Shown in pieces: positions 7,716 to 16,376 of a stretch of DNA of 26,032 nucleotides. Positions within the stretch are counted from its first letter, which is position 1; each line of letters opens with the position of its first letter. A program made the position numbers and the translations under genes. This DNA comes from Lentisphaeria bacterium. Lineage in GTDB: Bacteria; Verrucomicrobiota; Lentisphaeria; Victivallales; JAUVCU01. Where the stretch lies: NCBI GenBank assembly GCA_030590715.1, contig JAUVCU010000001.1:1-26032 (forward strand), read 5' to 3'. The notes under the pieces were generated by a model, which had not been told where the DNA came from, searched no databases, and saw only the letters and a list, made by a program, of their open reading frames with translations.

Positions 7716-8240
7716 CTATTGCTGTGAACCGATTACGATCCAACCGATACTTTCATTACCGTGAACAATTTCAGTATCGAGAGATTTCTCTTCCTCAACT
7801 TTCACTTTTACACTGTTATCGGTAAGAGAAACAGGACTCCATCTCAGTTGTGCCGGTTCCTGATCGTTTCCTGACTGGATTGCTCCGTAGAACAGTGGCG
7901 TCGTGAATGAGGAACCGAAGTCGATAAACTGAAGCTGGTCATTGTATAGTGGAGCCGTGACCCAGCACCCAGCACCTACAGTACCGTCAACACTTAATCC
8001 CTGCTCAAGGGCAATAACGTATACCGTTTCTGCAAGAGATGCCGCTGTACCGGCTTCCTGCTCCGTCAGATAAACAGTAAATCCAGTTTCACTCGTTGCT
8101 GTCAGGCGAGTAGCCATTGCTTCCGCGTTATTATTGCTTCCTACAGTTGTAAGAACAACCGGCGTTGTCGCAAATGCTTCGGTCTAGTTCGTCGCCAACT
8201 CGATCGTATCAACACTAATAACCATTGCTTCAATATTGCG
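7716..8240 (-). pseudogene. Truncated C-terminal remnant of a surface protein with two H-type-lectin-like repeats
   Basis: The reading frame continues upstream of ATG 8117 (TEAFATTPVVLTTVGSNNNAEA) across an in-frame TAG at 8184-8186 and ends at stops near 8241-8246. Two similar units: FATTPVV...TRL...E-E...ETVYVIA and FTTPLF...LRW...EEE...HGNESIGWIV. The family label is from memory. Confidence 0.62.
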
Positions 8241-8256
8241 CTATCAACCAGTAGTC

Positions 8257-8521
8257 TGTCCCAAGTTTGATCTGAAATAGGGTGACACTTCTTAATCCAA
8301 ATTAAGGAGTTGTTATGAAAAAATCGTCAAAGAAAAGAAGTATAAGCGTTTACAATTATGAATTTCGACTGAAATGCGTTCGTCTGTATTTAGAGGAAAG
8401 TTATCCTCGAGCATATGTATCAGAACAAGGCAAGGTGAACCTTAAAACGCTGCGAACTGAATCCACCGATTCGCAACACGAAAGAACCTGCTGTACCTTT
8501 CCCATAGCCACCACTTTTTAA
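8257..8521 (+). pseudogene. Insertion-sequence remnant: N-terminal HTH of an IS3/IS481-like transposase
   Basis: SD AAGGAG (8304-8309) and ATG 8315. YNYEFRLKCVRLYLEESYP resembles transposase HTH starts, but similarity is lost after about 38 aa and there is no DDE domain. A TGTCCC...GGTGACA segment (8257-8287) could be an IS end. Confidence 0.5.
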
Positions 8522-8736
8522 GCCGTTTTGATTCAAGACCAAATAACTTAAATTGCGGTTGGCTATTCTTCTTTATCGTATTCAAAAATGGTCGACCAAT
8601 TAGACGCGACTACTGAGCTCTGATACTTGTGGATATAGTGCTACACTATCGTGTACGTATGGAGATGTCGATTCTAAACAGAATGAATGAAAAAACTTTA
8701 AAAAAAGTATTGGGAGTGGATTAAAGCTTACGAGCT

Positions 8737-10194
8737 CTATCCAAGGGACTGTGGCGTATCGTTGTCACCATAGCGGTGGCTTTTGTTTCTGAATTGAGTA
8801 AATTGGGGGAAGAACAATACTTCTGATGTTCCAGTCTCACCATTACGATTTTTTTCGACGATGATCTCGGAAGGAATTCCTGCCTTCAAGGTTTCTGCTG
8901 TAATATTTTTCTGGGCGTCACGGTCACGATGTAGGAATGCTACAACATCGGCATCCTGCTCGATTGCTCCAGACTCACGAAGACTGGAAAGTTTAGGTTT
9001 CACCGGTCCGGCTGCACCTGCTTTTTCTGTGTCACGGTTAAGCTGAGCCAGAATTAATACCGGCACATGTAATTCTTTTGCAATTGCCTTAACTCCAGAA
9101 GAAATTTCTGCAACCTCTTCCTGACGACTGTTAGTTCCTGGAGCTTTCATTAACTGCAAGTAGTCAATGATGATAAGCTGAATATCGTGCTGCTGTTTCA
9201 GGCGTCTGGCTTTAGAACGAAGCTCTAGGATCTTAAGACTCGGTGTCGGGTCAATAAAAATCTTCGCTTTCTTAAGTGTTGCAACAGCTCTCGTAAGTTT
9301 CGGCATATCTGAGTTGTTGAACGATCCGTCGTGAAATGCTCTTTCTGAGATTTGAGATTCCGAACAAAGTAGACGGGTTGTAATCTGCATTTCTGTCATC
9401 TCGAGGCTGAAAAAAGCAACAGGTGTTGCTGGTTCTCCGCGATCGACACCACGCAGTGCGATATTTGAAAGAATGTTAAGAGCAAGAGATGTTTTACCAA
9501 TTGAAGGTCTGGCAGCCAATACGAACATATCTCCGGGTTTTAAACCGGCTGTCATCTGGTCTATATCGGTGAATCCAGTCGGTAAACCGGGTTCAATTTC
9601 TCCTTTAAGAATAGCCTGTAACTTTTCAAAAGCGCCTTTGATCAATCCGTTCAGTTCAAATATATCGTTGCTTGAACTTTCGCGAACTTTGAGGATTTTC
9701 ATTTCAAGTTCATCAAGTAGAAGTTCTACTGGTTTTTCAGGATCAGGACTGTAGCATGACTGCATTGATTCTGCACAAACTGAGATCATGCCCCGAAGGA
9801 TACTAAATTGATTTACAATTTCACACCAGGCTTCAAGATTCGCCGTCGTCGCAATTGTATTTTGGAGTTCTGCTAAAAACAGTTTCCCGCCAATCTCTTC
9901 AAGTCTTCCGTCATTGGAAAGAACATGAGCGAGGGAAATAATATCTACGCCGGTACTTTTCTTATCAAGTTCAAGAATAGCTTTGTAGATTACCCGGTGA
10001 ACGGGTGAGTAGAATACATCATCGCCTCGAAGTTTTTCTATGCCAAGTCCGATGCAGTATGAAGGTTCAAGTAACATTGCCGCAAGAATAGCACGCTCAG
10101 CGTCACTATCGTGCGGCATGGGACGATCAGTAGGTAAAAGCCCCGGAAGAGACTTTTTCCCACTGTCGTTACTATTGTCCCGTTGTATCGACAT
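8737..10194 (-). CDS. dnaB: Replicative DNA helicase
   Basis: MPHDSDAERAILAAML, Walker A ARPSIGKT, FFSLEM, IIIDYLQLM, LAQLNR, LRESGAIEQDAD, KNRNG. No intein. Confidence 0.98.
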   Translation of the reverse strand: MSIQRDNSNDSGKKSLPGLLPTDRPMPHDSDAERAILAAMLLEPSYCIGLGIEKLRGDDVFYSPVHRVIYKAILELDKKSTGVDIISLAHVLSNDGRLEEIGGKLFLAELQNTIATTANLEAWCEIVNQFSILRGMISVCAESMQSCYSPDPEKPVELLLDELEMKILKVRESSSNDIFELNGLIKGAFEKLQAILKGEIEPGLPTGFTDIDQMTAGLKPGDMFVLAARPSIGKTSLALNILSNIALRGVDRGEPATPVAFFSLEMTEMQITTRLLCSESQISERAFHDGSFNNSDMPKLTRAVATLKKAKIFIDPTPSLKILELRSKARRLKQQHDIQLIIIDYLQLMKAPGTNSRQEEVAEISSGVKAIAKELHVPVLILAQLNRDTEKAGAAGPVKPKLSSLRESGAIEQDADVVAFLHRDRDAQKNITAETLKAGIPSEIIVEKNRNGETGTSEVLFFPQFTQFRNKSHRYGDNDTPQSLG

Positions 10195-10197
10195 AAG

Positions 10198-10650
10198 TTA
10201 TCGGCGAACAACCCAAACTTTAGCCACAGCTTTAACTTCGCGGTGAAGTTTGATAGAGATATCAAATTTACCAAGCGTGTGGATAGGTTCTTCAATTTCG
10301 ATTTTCTTGTAGTCTACAGTAATTCCTTGCTCAGCGATAGCTTCGGCAATGCTACGGTTAGTAACAGAACCAAATAGTGTATCGTCTTCAGAAGCCTGCA
10401 TTGAGATCGAGATCTCAAGTTCAGCGATTTTTGTAGCAAGTTCCTGAGCACCATCAAGCTCAGCTTTACGTTGTGCTTCAATTTGCTCACGACGAGCTTC
10501 AACCTGGCGCATAGCACCTTTAGTTGCTTTTGTAGCCTTTCCTTGTGGAACAAGGAAGTTACGACCATATCCTGCAGCAACGCGAATTTCTTCGCCTGCT
10601 AGACCCAGGTTATCAACATCTTCTAGTAGAATAAGTGTTACAGAAGCCAT
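10198..10650 (-). CDS. rplI: 50S ribosomal protein L9
   Basis: LGLAGEEIRVAAGYGRNFLVPQGKA, LFGSVT, IHTLG. Confidence 0.98.
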   Translation of the reverse strand: MASVTLILLEDVDNLGLAGEEIRVAAGYGRNFLVPQGKATKATKGAMRQVEARREQIEAQRKAELDGAQELATKIAELEISISMQASEDDTLFGSVTNRSIAEAIAEQGITVDYKKIEIEEPIHTLGKFDISIKLHREVKAVAKVWVVRR

Positions 10651-10692
10651 TGTTTACTCCTTCTTTTTTATAGCAAGTTAAAGTCAGTTCTA

Positions 10693-10920
10693 TTAAAGAA
10701 CAAGACTTAGAACCCTTGCGCGTTTGATTGCTGTGCTTAACATTTTCTGATGATCCAGGCAAGTTCCTGTAATACGACGTGGAAGGATACGACCCTTTTC
10801 AGTCTGGAACTTTTTAAGCATTTCAACATCTTTAAAATCGATATGGTGGACTTTGTTTTCACAAAGACGGCAAATTTTTGGCTTGCTCGCGCGTCTTTTT
10901 CTACTTCTTTGTTCAGCCAT
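10693..10920 (-). CDS. rpsR: 30S ribosomal protein S18 (Zn-ribbon C+ form)
   Basis: CRLC...IDFKD...[16 protein letters not shown]...AIKRAR. Confidence 0.98.
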   Translation of the reverse strand: MAEQRSRKRRASKPKICRLCENKVHHIDFKDVEMLKKFQTEKGRILPRRITGTCLDHQKMLSTAIKRARVLSLVL

Positions 10921-10975
10921 TTAACTGATCTCCGGTTTATGTTTTTTAAATAATTATTTTATTAATTTCGTAATT

Positions 10976-11650
10976 CTAGAACGGGATGTCGTCTTCAACA
11001 CTACCTGCACTGAATGCATTATCAGGCATAGGTGGCATACCTTGTGGCTTTACCGGTGCAGCTGCTGGTTGGTTAACCTGCGGCTGAGGAGTATTATTCG
11101 CCTGTTGGTATGTCGGAGCTGGTGCCTGCTGCGCCTGTTGAGGTGCGTACTGTTGTGGAGCCGGTGCTGGTTGCGCCTGTTGAGGAGCAAAAGCATTCTG
11201 ACTCGGTTGAGGCGCTGGCGGTGCGTACTGTTGTGGAGCTGGTGCTCCGCCAAATCCCTGTTGTGGTGCCTTTGGAGCAGAACCATATTGTTGTTGATCA
11301 TTCTGGTTGCTGTTCTGGTCGGCACGACCTAGAAATTGAACTCTTTCAGCTACTACACGAAGACGGCTTCTTTTCTTGCCTGTTTCACGGTCATCCCATG
11401 TATCAAGCTGCAGGCGTCCTTCTACAAAGCAAGGTGAACCCTTTTTTAGGAAGCGGCTACAGTTTTCAGCTTGTTTACTCCAAACAACAACATCAACAAA
11501 TGTTGTTTCTTCGCGTTGCTGCCCTTCGCCACCAAATTTACTATTGATAGCTAAAGACATATCACAAACAGCAGCGCCGTTAGGAGTATAACGCAATTCA
11601 AGATCGCGTGTGATGTTTCCCATCAACATAACTTTATTATAAGATGCCAT
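10976..11650 (-). CDS. ssb: Single-stranded DNA-binding protein with a long Q/P/A-rich linker
   Basis: NKVMLMGNITRDLELRYTP OB fold, VEGRLQLDTW, acidic tip EDDIPF. Confidence 0.98.
   Translation of the reverse strand: MASYNKVMLMGNITRDLELRYTPNGAAVCDMSLAINSKFGGEGQQREETTFVDVVVWSKQAENCSRFLKKGSPCFVEGRLQLDTWDDRETGKKRSRLRVVAERVQFLGRADQNSNQNDQQQYGSAPKAPQQGFGGAPAPQQYAPPAPQPSQNAFAPQQAQPAPAPQQYAPQQAQQAPAPTYQQANNTPQPQVNQPAAAPVKPQGMPPMPDNAFSAGSVEDDIPF
11130..11245 (-). repeat. Intragenic repeats in the ssb linker (APAPQQYAP twice; PQQAQ twice)
   Basis: 26-bp direct repeat at 11142-11167 and 11220-11245 (one mismatch). TGCGCCTGTTGAGG occurs twice, near 11130 and 11172. Confidence 0.85.
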
Positions 11651-11676
11651 ATTATAGTCTCCGAAAGATGAATTAA

Positions 11677-12006
11677 TTACTCTGCAGCAGCTTCTTCAGC
11701 TTTTGCTTCAAGAACTTCTGGACGGTCGTAGATCATGATCATTTCACGAATTACGCGCTCGTCAAGAGCATAAGTCTCGATGATTGGTTTGATCTTTTCA
11801 GCTTCAACAGTGAATACGAAGTTGTAGTAAGATCCAACTTTGCGTTTGTTGATTTCACGTGCGAATTGTTTACGACCCATGAAAACATTCTCTTCAACAT
11901 TTCCGCCAAAACCTTCAACTAGTTTTGCGAATTCAGCTGCCCATGCTTTTCCGTCATCTTCGACTTTTCTAACGTCGAGAATGTATACTGCTTCATACTT
12001 TTTCAA
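11677..12006 (-). CDS. rpsF: 30S ribosomal protein S6
   Basis: KYEAVYIL...MGRKQFAREINK...DERVIREMI. TTG start with GGAGGG SD. Canonical rpsF-ssb-rpsR-rplI order. Confidence 0.96.
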   Translation of the reverse strand: MKKYEAVYILDVRKVEDDGKAWAAEFAKLVEGFGGNVEENVFMGRKQFAREINKRKVGSYYNFVFTVEAEKIKPIIETYALDERVIREMIMIYDRPEVLEAKAEEAAAE

Positions 12007-12032
12007 GGTATTACCCTCCGTAATATTATTAT

Positions 12033-12623
12033 TTATTGATTTTCATCTATTAATTCAAATCCATTGTATTGATTCATTGCTGCTTTAGCACCTCTGTAAA
12101 GTACCAACTTAGCTGCATGTGAAACAACATTCATAAGCTTTGGTATCATTGCTGACTCTTCCGAATCAAATCCTCCAAGAACGTGATCTGCTTGTCCTTT
12201 TCCGACTCTCTTGCCGATACCAATTCTTAACCGGGCAAAATTTGGTGAACCGATTTCGTTAATAACCGATTCTACTCCATTATGTCCGCCGGTTCCACCA
12301 CCATTTTTGATCCTGATTTTCCCGAAAGGAAGATCAAGGTCATCAAATACAAGTAAAACCTCATTCGGCTGTATCTTATGAGTTTTCATCAATTTAGAAA
12401 CAGACTTGCCACTCAAGTTCATGAAAGTCATAGGCTTTAGTAGAAATATATTTCCACCTCTGCTTCTGCCCTTCCAGTAAATTCCAGAATGACCATTGTT
12501 TTCTTGAAAAGCTCCAGGGAGCTTTTCAATGAGAGCATCAACGGCCATAAAGCCCGCATTGTGTCTGGTGCTCTCATACTCTTTACCAGGATTACCAAGT
12601 CCAACAACTAATTTATAATTCAC
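12033..12623 (-). CDS. pth: Peptidyl-tRNA hydrolase
   Basis: VGLGNPGKEYESTRHNAGF, KPMTFMNLSG, DDLDLPFG, GGHNG, RLRIGIG. GTG start. Confidence 0.98.
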   Translation of the reverse strand: MNYKLVVGLGNPGKEYESTRHNAGFMAVDALIEKLPGAFQENNGHSGIYWKGRSRGGNIFLLKPMTFMNLSGKSVSKLMKTHKIQPNEVLLVFDDLDLPFGKIRIKNGGGTGGHNGVESVINEIGSPNFARLRIGIGKRVGKGQADHVLGGFDSEESAMIPKLMNVVSHAAKLVLYRGAKAAMNQYNGFELIDENQ

Positions 12624-12647
12624 AGACTTGTTCTTCCTTTAAGTAAA

Positions 12648-13235
12648 TTACTCTTCTTCTCCAGATGCGTCAGCAGAACGAGAAGCACGAGTCTGAACTA
12701 CGCTAAATACGATGTATTTTTCACCGTTAACAGCTTTAACGTTTTCCGGCATTGTAAGCTGGTGAGCACGTACGCGTTCGTTTAGGTCGATGTCAGAAAC
12801 GTCAGCCTCGATAACCTCAGGAAGGTTGCCAGGAAGACATTTTACAAGGATTTCGTGAGCAACCTGTTCAAATAGTCCACCACGTCCAGTACCTTTTGCA
12901 GTACCAAATGGGCGTAGTTTAACTTTTGTTACAATTTCTTCTTCAGGATTAACAGCGATGAAGTCAAGGTTAAGAACGATGTTCTTAAGGTAGTCTTTTT
13001 GAACTTCTTTGATAACACCGTGGTAGCTAGTACCTTCAGCTTTAAGTTCAACTAAACGAGCTCCTTCACGTGAGATTGTGTCCCACTCTTTTGCATCTGC
13101 AACAAGGTTAACGTTTTCTACGCCTTTTCCATAAAAGTTCACAGGAACTTGACAGTTACGTCGGATTCTGCGTGAACCACCATCACCTAGCTCGCTTCTT
13201 TCTTGTACGTTCAGAACGTATTCTTTACCACTCAT
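12648..13235 (-). CDS. rplY: 50S ribosomal protein L25 (long CTC form)
   Basis: SRRIRR...VPVNFYG, VIKEVQKD, CLPGNLPEVIEADVS. 195 aa, between prs and pth. Confidence 0.95.
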   Translation of the reverse strand: MSGKEYVLNVQERSELGDGGSRRIRRNCQVPVNFYGKGVENVNLVADAKEWDTISREGARLVELKAEGTSYHGVIKEVQKDYLKNIVLNLDFIAVNPEEEIVTKVKLRPFGTAKGTGRGGLFEQVAHEILVKCLPGNLPEVIEADVSDIDLNERVRAHQLTMPENVKAVNGEKYIVFSVVQTRASRSADASGEEE

Positions 13236-13276
13236 GGTATTTTCCTTTTTTTATATGTTATGTATTTATGTAAAAA

Positions 13277-14224
13277 TTAGTATTTAAACAGATCCGAAAC
13301 AGATTCGCCATCGTGAATTCTGCGAATAGTTTCACCAAGAACTGGAGCCATGCTAAGAACTTTAACCATTCCATCACAGTCATCAGTAACTGGTACATTA
13401 TTTGTTGTTACAAGCTCGTTGATGCAGCTGTCTTTAAGACGTTGGCGGCCTTTCTCATTAAGAAGGCAGTGTGAAACCGCAGCATAAATTTCTGTAGCGC
13501 CATTCTTTTTAAGAAGGTTTGCCGCAGAAATAAGAGTTCCGCACGTTGACGTCATGTCATCAACAAGTACACATTTTTTGCCCGCAACATCACCCACAAG
13601 GTGAGATGCTTCAACTTCAGTTGCGCTGATTCTGTGTTTTGCTACAATTGCCAGACTTGCGTTAAGTCTTTCAGCATATCCCTGAGCCATTTTAACACCA
13701 CCCGTATCAGGAGCTACAACAACCGTTTCGCTGCCAAGCTTCTCTTTAAGGTAAGGAATCAGTACAGGACCACAGTAAAGGTGATCTAGAGGAATATCGA
13801 AGAAACCTTGAATCTGGTGTGCATGAAGGTCAACAGCAACAATGCGGTTTGCTCCAGCTTGAGTAAGAAGGTTTGCAACAAGTTTTGCCGTTAGTGGAAC
13901 ACGTGGTTTATCTTTTCTGTCCTGACGAGCATAACCGTAAAATGGGATCACAGCCGTGATACGTGCAGCAGATGCTCTGCGTGCAGTGTCGATCATGATA
14001 AGAAGTTCCATCAGGTTGTCATTAGTAGGCGCACATGTAGGCTGAATGATAAACACATCGCTGCGACGTATGTTCTCTTCATACTGGCAGTATGTTTCCC
14101 CATCCGGGAACCGCTGGATATTTGCTTCTGCTAGGGGCAAACCTAGGTAATCGGCAATTTCCTGCGCAAGTTCTGTGTTAGCCGTTCCTGAATAAACGTG
14201 AATTTTTTCACCAAGCTCAAGCAT
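13277..14224 (-). CDS. prs: Ribose-phosphate pyrophosphokinase (PRPP synthetase)
   Basis: FPDGE, NDNLMELL, PFYGYARQDRK, DLHAHQIQGFF, PDTGG, VDDM-x-x-T-x-GTL. Confidence 0.98.
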   Translation of the reverse strand: MLELGEKIHVYSGTANTELAQEIADYLGLPLAEANIQRFPDGETYCQYEENIRRSDVFIIQPTCAPTNDNLMELLIMIDTARRASAARITAVIPFYGYARQDRKDKPRVPLTAKLVANLLTQAGANRIVAVDLHAHQIQGFFDIPLDHLYCGPVLIPYLKEKLGSETVVVAPDTGGVKMAQGYAERLNASLAIVAKHRISATEVEASHLVGDVAGKKCVLVDDMTSTCGTLISAANLLKKNGATEIYAAVSHCLLNEKGRQRLKDSCINELVTTNNVPVTDDCDGMVKVLSMAPVLGETIRRIHDGESVSDLFKY

Positions 14225-14408
14225 TTCTTTAACTCCAAAAGTGTATTACTTAAAATTTAATTTCTATATATATAAATAGCTTGGACAAAATCATCAGAAG
14301 ACAGGAGTGGAGAGGTTTGCCTGATTTGGCAAAATTGGCCTCTCGGTTACACTTCACATATAAAGTGTGAATCCAGTCTAGGATTAAGGTCCGCACATAA
14401 AGTCACGT

Positions 14409-14437
14409 ATATTAAGCGCTTAACCTATTTTCTGCAA
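14409..14437 (-). promoter_or_regulatory. Candidate sigma70 promoter of the prs-rplY...dnaB operon
   Basis: On the minus strand: TTGCAG (14437-14432), 17 bp spacer, TAATAT (14414-14409). It would give a 5' UTR of about 180 nt. Confidence 0.45.
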
Positions 14438-14563
14438 CTAACTTCGTCTAAAATTTTGAGCTTTTTTTTAGTCTTGTGTTATTTTGCTCGCACTATCTAT
14501 TTGGAGGCATTATAATACGATGATTATTGTGGTTTTTTATTATTATATAAGTGAGTCTTTTTT

Positions 14564-16315
14564 ATGCATGAATCTCTGTTTTCTGATCACCTTCCTGGTG
14601 AATTTGTTTTTTTGATAATAGCTTTGGGTGGTCTTATTGTTGGTAAGCTAGCCCATAAAATTAAGTTGCCTGATATTTCAGGACAGGTTATTTTAGGAAT
14701 TATTATAGGGCCTTCTGGTTATCTTCTGTTAAATGCTCTTTTTGGTACCGGTGAGATGACTGTGTTTACTGAACATCAACTTCATAATATCGGTTTCTTT
14801 GGTGAGCTTGCTCTTGGTGTTATGACATTTAGTATCGGAACGCACTTAAATTATAAAGTGCTTCACAACTCCAGTAAAAGAATCGTTTTCCTTGCTTTAT
14901 TCGATGCGTTTCTCACGTTCTCTTTTGTTTTCTCTTTGCTTTATTTTATTCTTGTTTTGGACGTTAGGATTTGTTTGTTGCTCTCTGCAATTGCTGTTGA
15001 GACCGCTCCCGGTACTATTATAAGTCTTATTCAGAAGAAGTATGCACGTGGTGTTTTTACAAAGACCCTGGTCGGTGTGGTGGCGCTTAACAATTTCGCG
15101 ACCATCCTTATATTTACAGTATGTAAAACAATTTCTCTTCAGTTATCGAGAGATTCTGGTGGGGATATCGCCGCTGGTCTTGTGGTTCCCCTTCTTATGA
15201 TTGTTTGTACAGTAGTGTTTGGTGTGGTTGTGGGCTGGTTTGTTTCTTTGTTGTCCAAGCATCAGCATGGGTCTACGGATCTCTTTGGTACAGTTTTTCT
15301 TGCGATCTTTGCAAATATTTTAGTGTGTCGATACTTGTCTGAGTATGTCGGAATTGGTTTTTCTCCATTGTTGGTTAATTTGACTATGGGGGTTACATAT
15401 TGTAATTTGAGCTATCATACAAAGCAGGTTTCTGGCATTTTTAATAATGTTACAGGGGTCTTGTTTGCTGTTTTCTTTACGCTTGCCGGTTCTCATCTTG
15501 ATTTGACTCAACTTAGGATTGCCGGTGTTGCTGGAGCTTTGTTTATTGCCGGCCGTTTTGCTGCTAAGTGGCTTGCCCCGTTTTCTGTTAGTAAGGCTTT
15601 TGGGTTTCCGGATGTTATTGCTAAATTTCTCGGTTTGGGGTTAATTCCTCAGGCTGGTCTTGCTGTTGGTCTTGTGATCAGTCTCTCTTCAACTGCCGAG
15701 TTGGCATCAATTGCACCGACTATTTCTACAATTGTTCTGGCTGCCGTCGCTGTTAATGAGTTGATTGGTCCGTTTTCGACCGCTAAGAGTTTCGATCTTG
15801 CAAAAGAGACGGGGCAGGCGACTCCTCGTCTTATCGATTTTCTTCATGAGGAATATATTCTTATGCCGCTGGAAGCTGAAAATAAGTGGGATGCAATTGA
15901 ACAGATGACTGATTTTCTTGTTAAAACAAATCATCTTCGCTCGATTACGCGTGATGAGTTGCTTGAGTATATTACAGCAAGGGAGAAAGAATTCACTACC
16001 GGTCTTGGTAATAAACTTGCTATACCTCATGCAAGGATTCCTGCCAAAGAGAAGTTGATGGGGGTTATTGGTATATGTGAAAAACCTATTGATTTTGAAT
16101 CTATTGATAACAAGCCGGTTGATATTGTGATTCTTATTGCTACTCCTGAAGGGCAGGAAAATCTTCATCTTAAGTTATTGTCTGCAATTGCCCGGATTTT
16201 TGCCGAGGATCCTCAGTGTCACGATAGGCTTGTTTCGGCTGGTAGTCCTGCCGAGGTTTACGACTTGCTGCAGAGTAAAGAGGTGAGAAATATTAACTCT
16301 TATCTTGAATCATAG
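14564..16315 (+). CDS. Cation/proton antiporter (Na_H_Exchanger-type) fused to a C-terminal PTS EIIA-2 (PtsN/fructose-type) domain
   Basis: About 415-aa multi-TM region (GIIIGP, ETAP, FFTLAG, GLIPQAGLAVGL), then EKEFTTGLGNKLAIPHAR, PIDF...D-KPV and HLKLLSAIAR of EIIA-2. Confidence 0.92.
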   Translation: MHESLFSDHLPGEFVFLIIALGGLIVGKLAHKIKLPDISGQVILGIIIGPSGYLLLNALFGTGEMTVFTEHQLHNIGFFGELALGVMTFSIGTHLNYKVLHNSSKRIVFLALFDAFLTFSFVFSLLYFILVLDVRICLLLSAIAVETAPGTIISLIQKKYARGVFTKTLVGVVALNNFATILIFTVCKTISLQLSRDSGGDIAAGLVVPLLMIVCTVVFGVVVGWFVSLLSKHQHGSTDLFGTVFLAIFANILVCRYLSEYVGIGFSPLLVNLTMGVTYCNLSYHTKQVSGIFNNVTGVLFAVFFTLAGSHLDLTQLRIAGVAGALFIAGRFAAKWLAPFSVSKAFGFPDVIAKFLGLGLIPQAGLAVGLVISLSSTAELASIAPTISTIVLAAVAVNELIGPFSTAKSFDLAKETGQATPRLIDFLHEEYILMPLEAENKWDAIEQMTDFLVKTNHLRSITRDELLEYITAREKEFTTGLGNKLAIPHARIPAKEKLMGVIGICEKPIDFESIDNKPVDIVILIATPEGQENLHLKLLSAIARIFAEDPQCHDRLVSAGSPAEVYDLLQSKEVRNINSYLES

Positions 16316-16321
16316 AAATTT

Positions 16322-16361
16322 AAAAAAGAGACGCGAACTAAATGTTGCGTCTCTTGTTTTT
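16322..16361. terminator. Bidirectional intrinsic terminator
   Basis: Stem AAGAGACGC/GCGTCTCTT with A-run before and T-run after, between convergent genes. Confidence 0.85.
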
Positions 16362-16376
16362 CTTAAATGGAAACTG

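Noticed and set aside
8626-8640. DnaA-box-like ATATCCACA downstream of dnaB
   Set aside because: A single one-mismatch copy is expected by chance.
13530-13565. Prs PRPP-binding loop reads DDMTSTCGTL instead of the common DDMIDTGGTL
   Set aside because: Core DD, T and GT residues are kept and this loop varies among class I enzymes, so there is no ground to infer a new function.
14225-14563. tRNA-Gln expected upstream of prs
   Set aside because: No cloverleaf with D-loop GG and TTCGA T-loop on either strand.
8737-14563. Possible strand-composition switch near 14.3 kb (origin or inversion of the r-protein block)
   Set aside because: I could not quantify it by eye. High-expression codon bias can explain the difference, and there are no DnaA boxes. 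A cumulative GC-skew plot would settle it.
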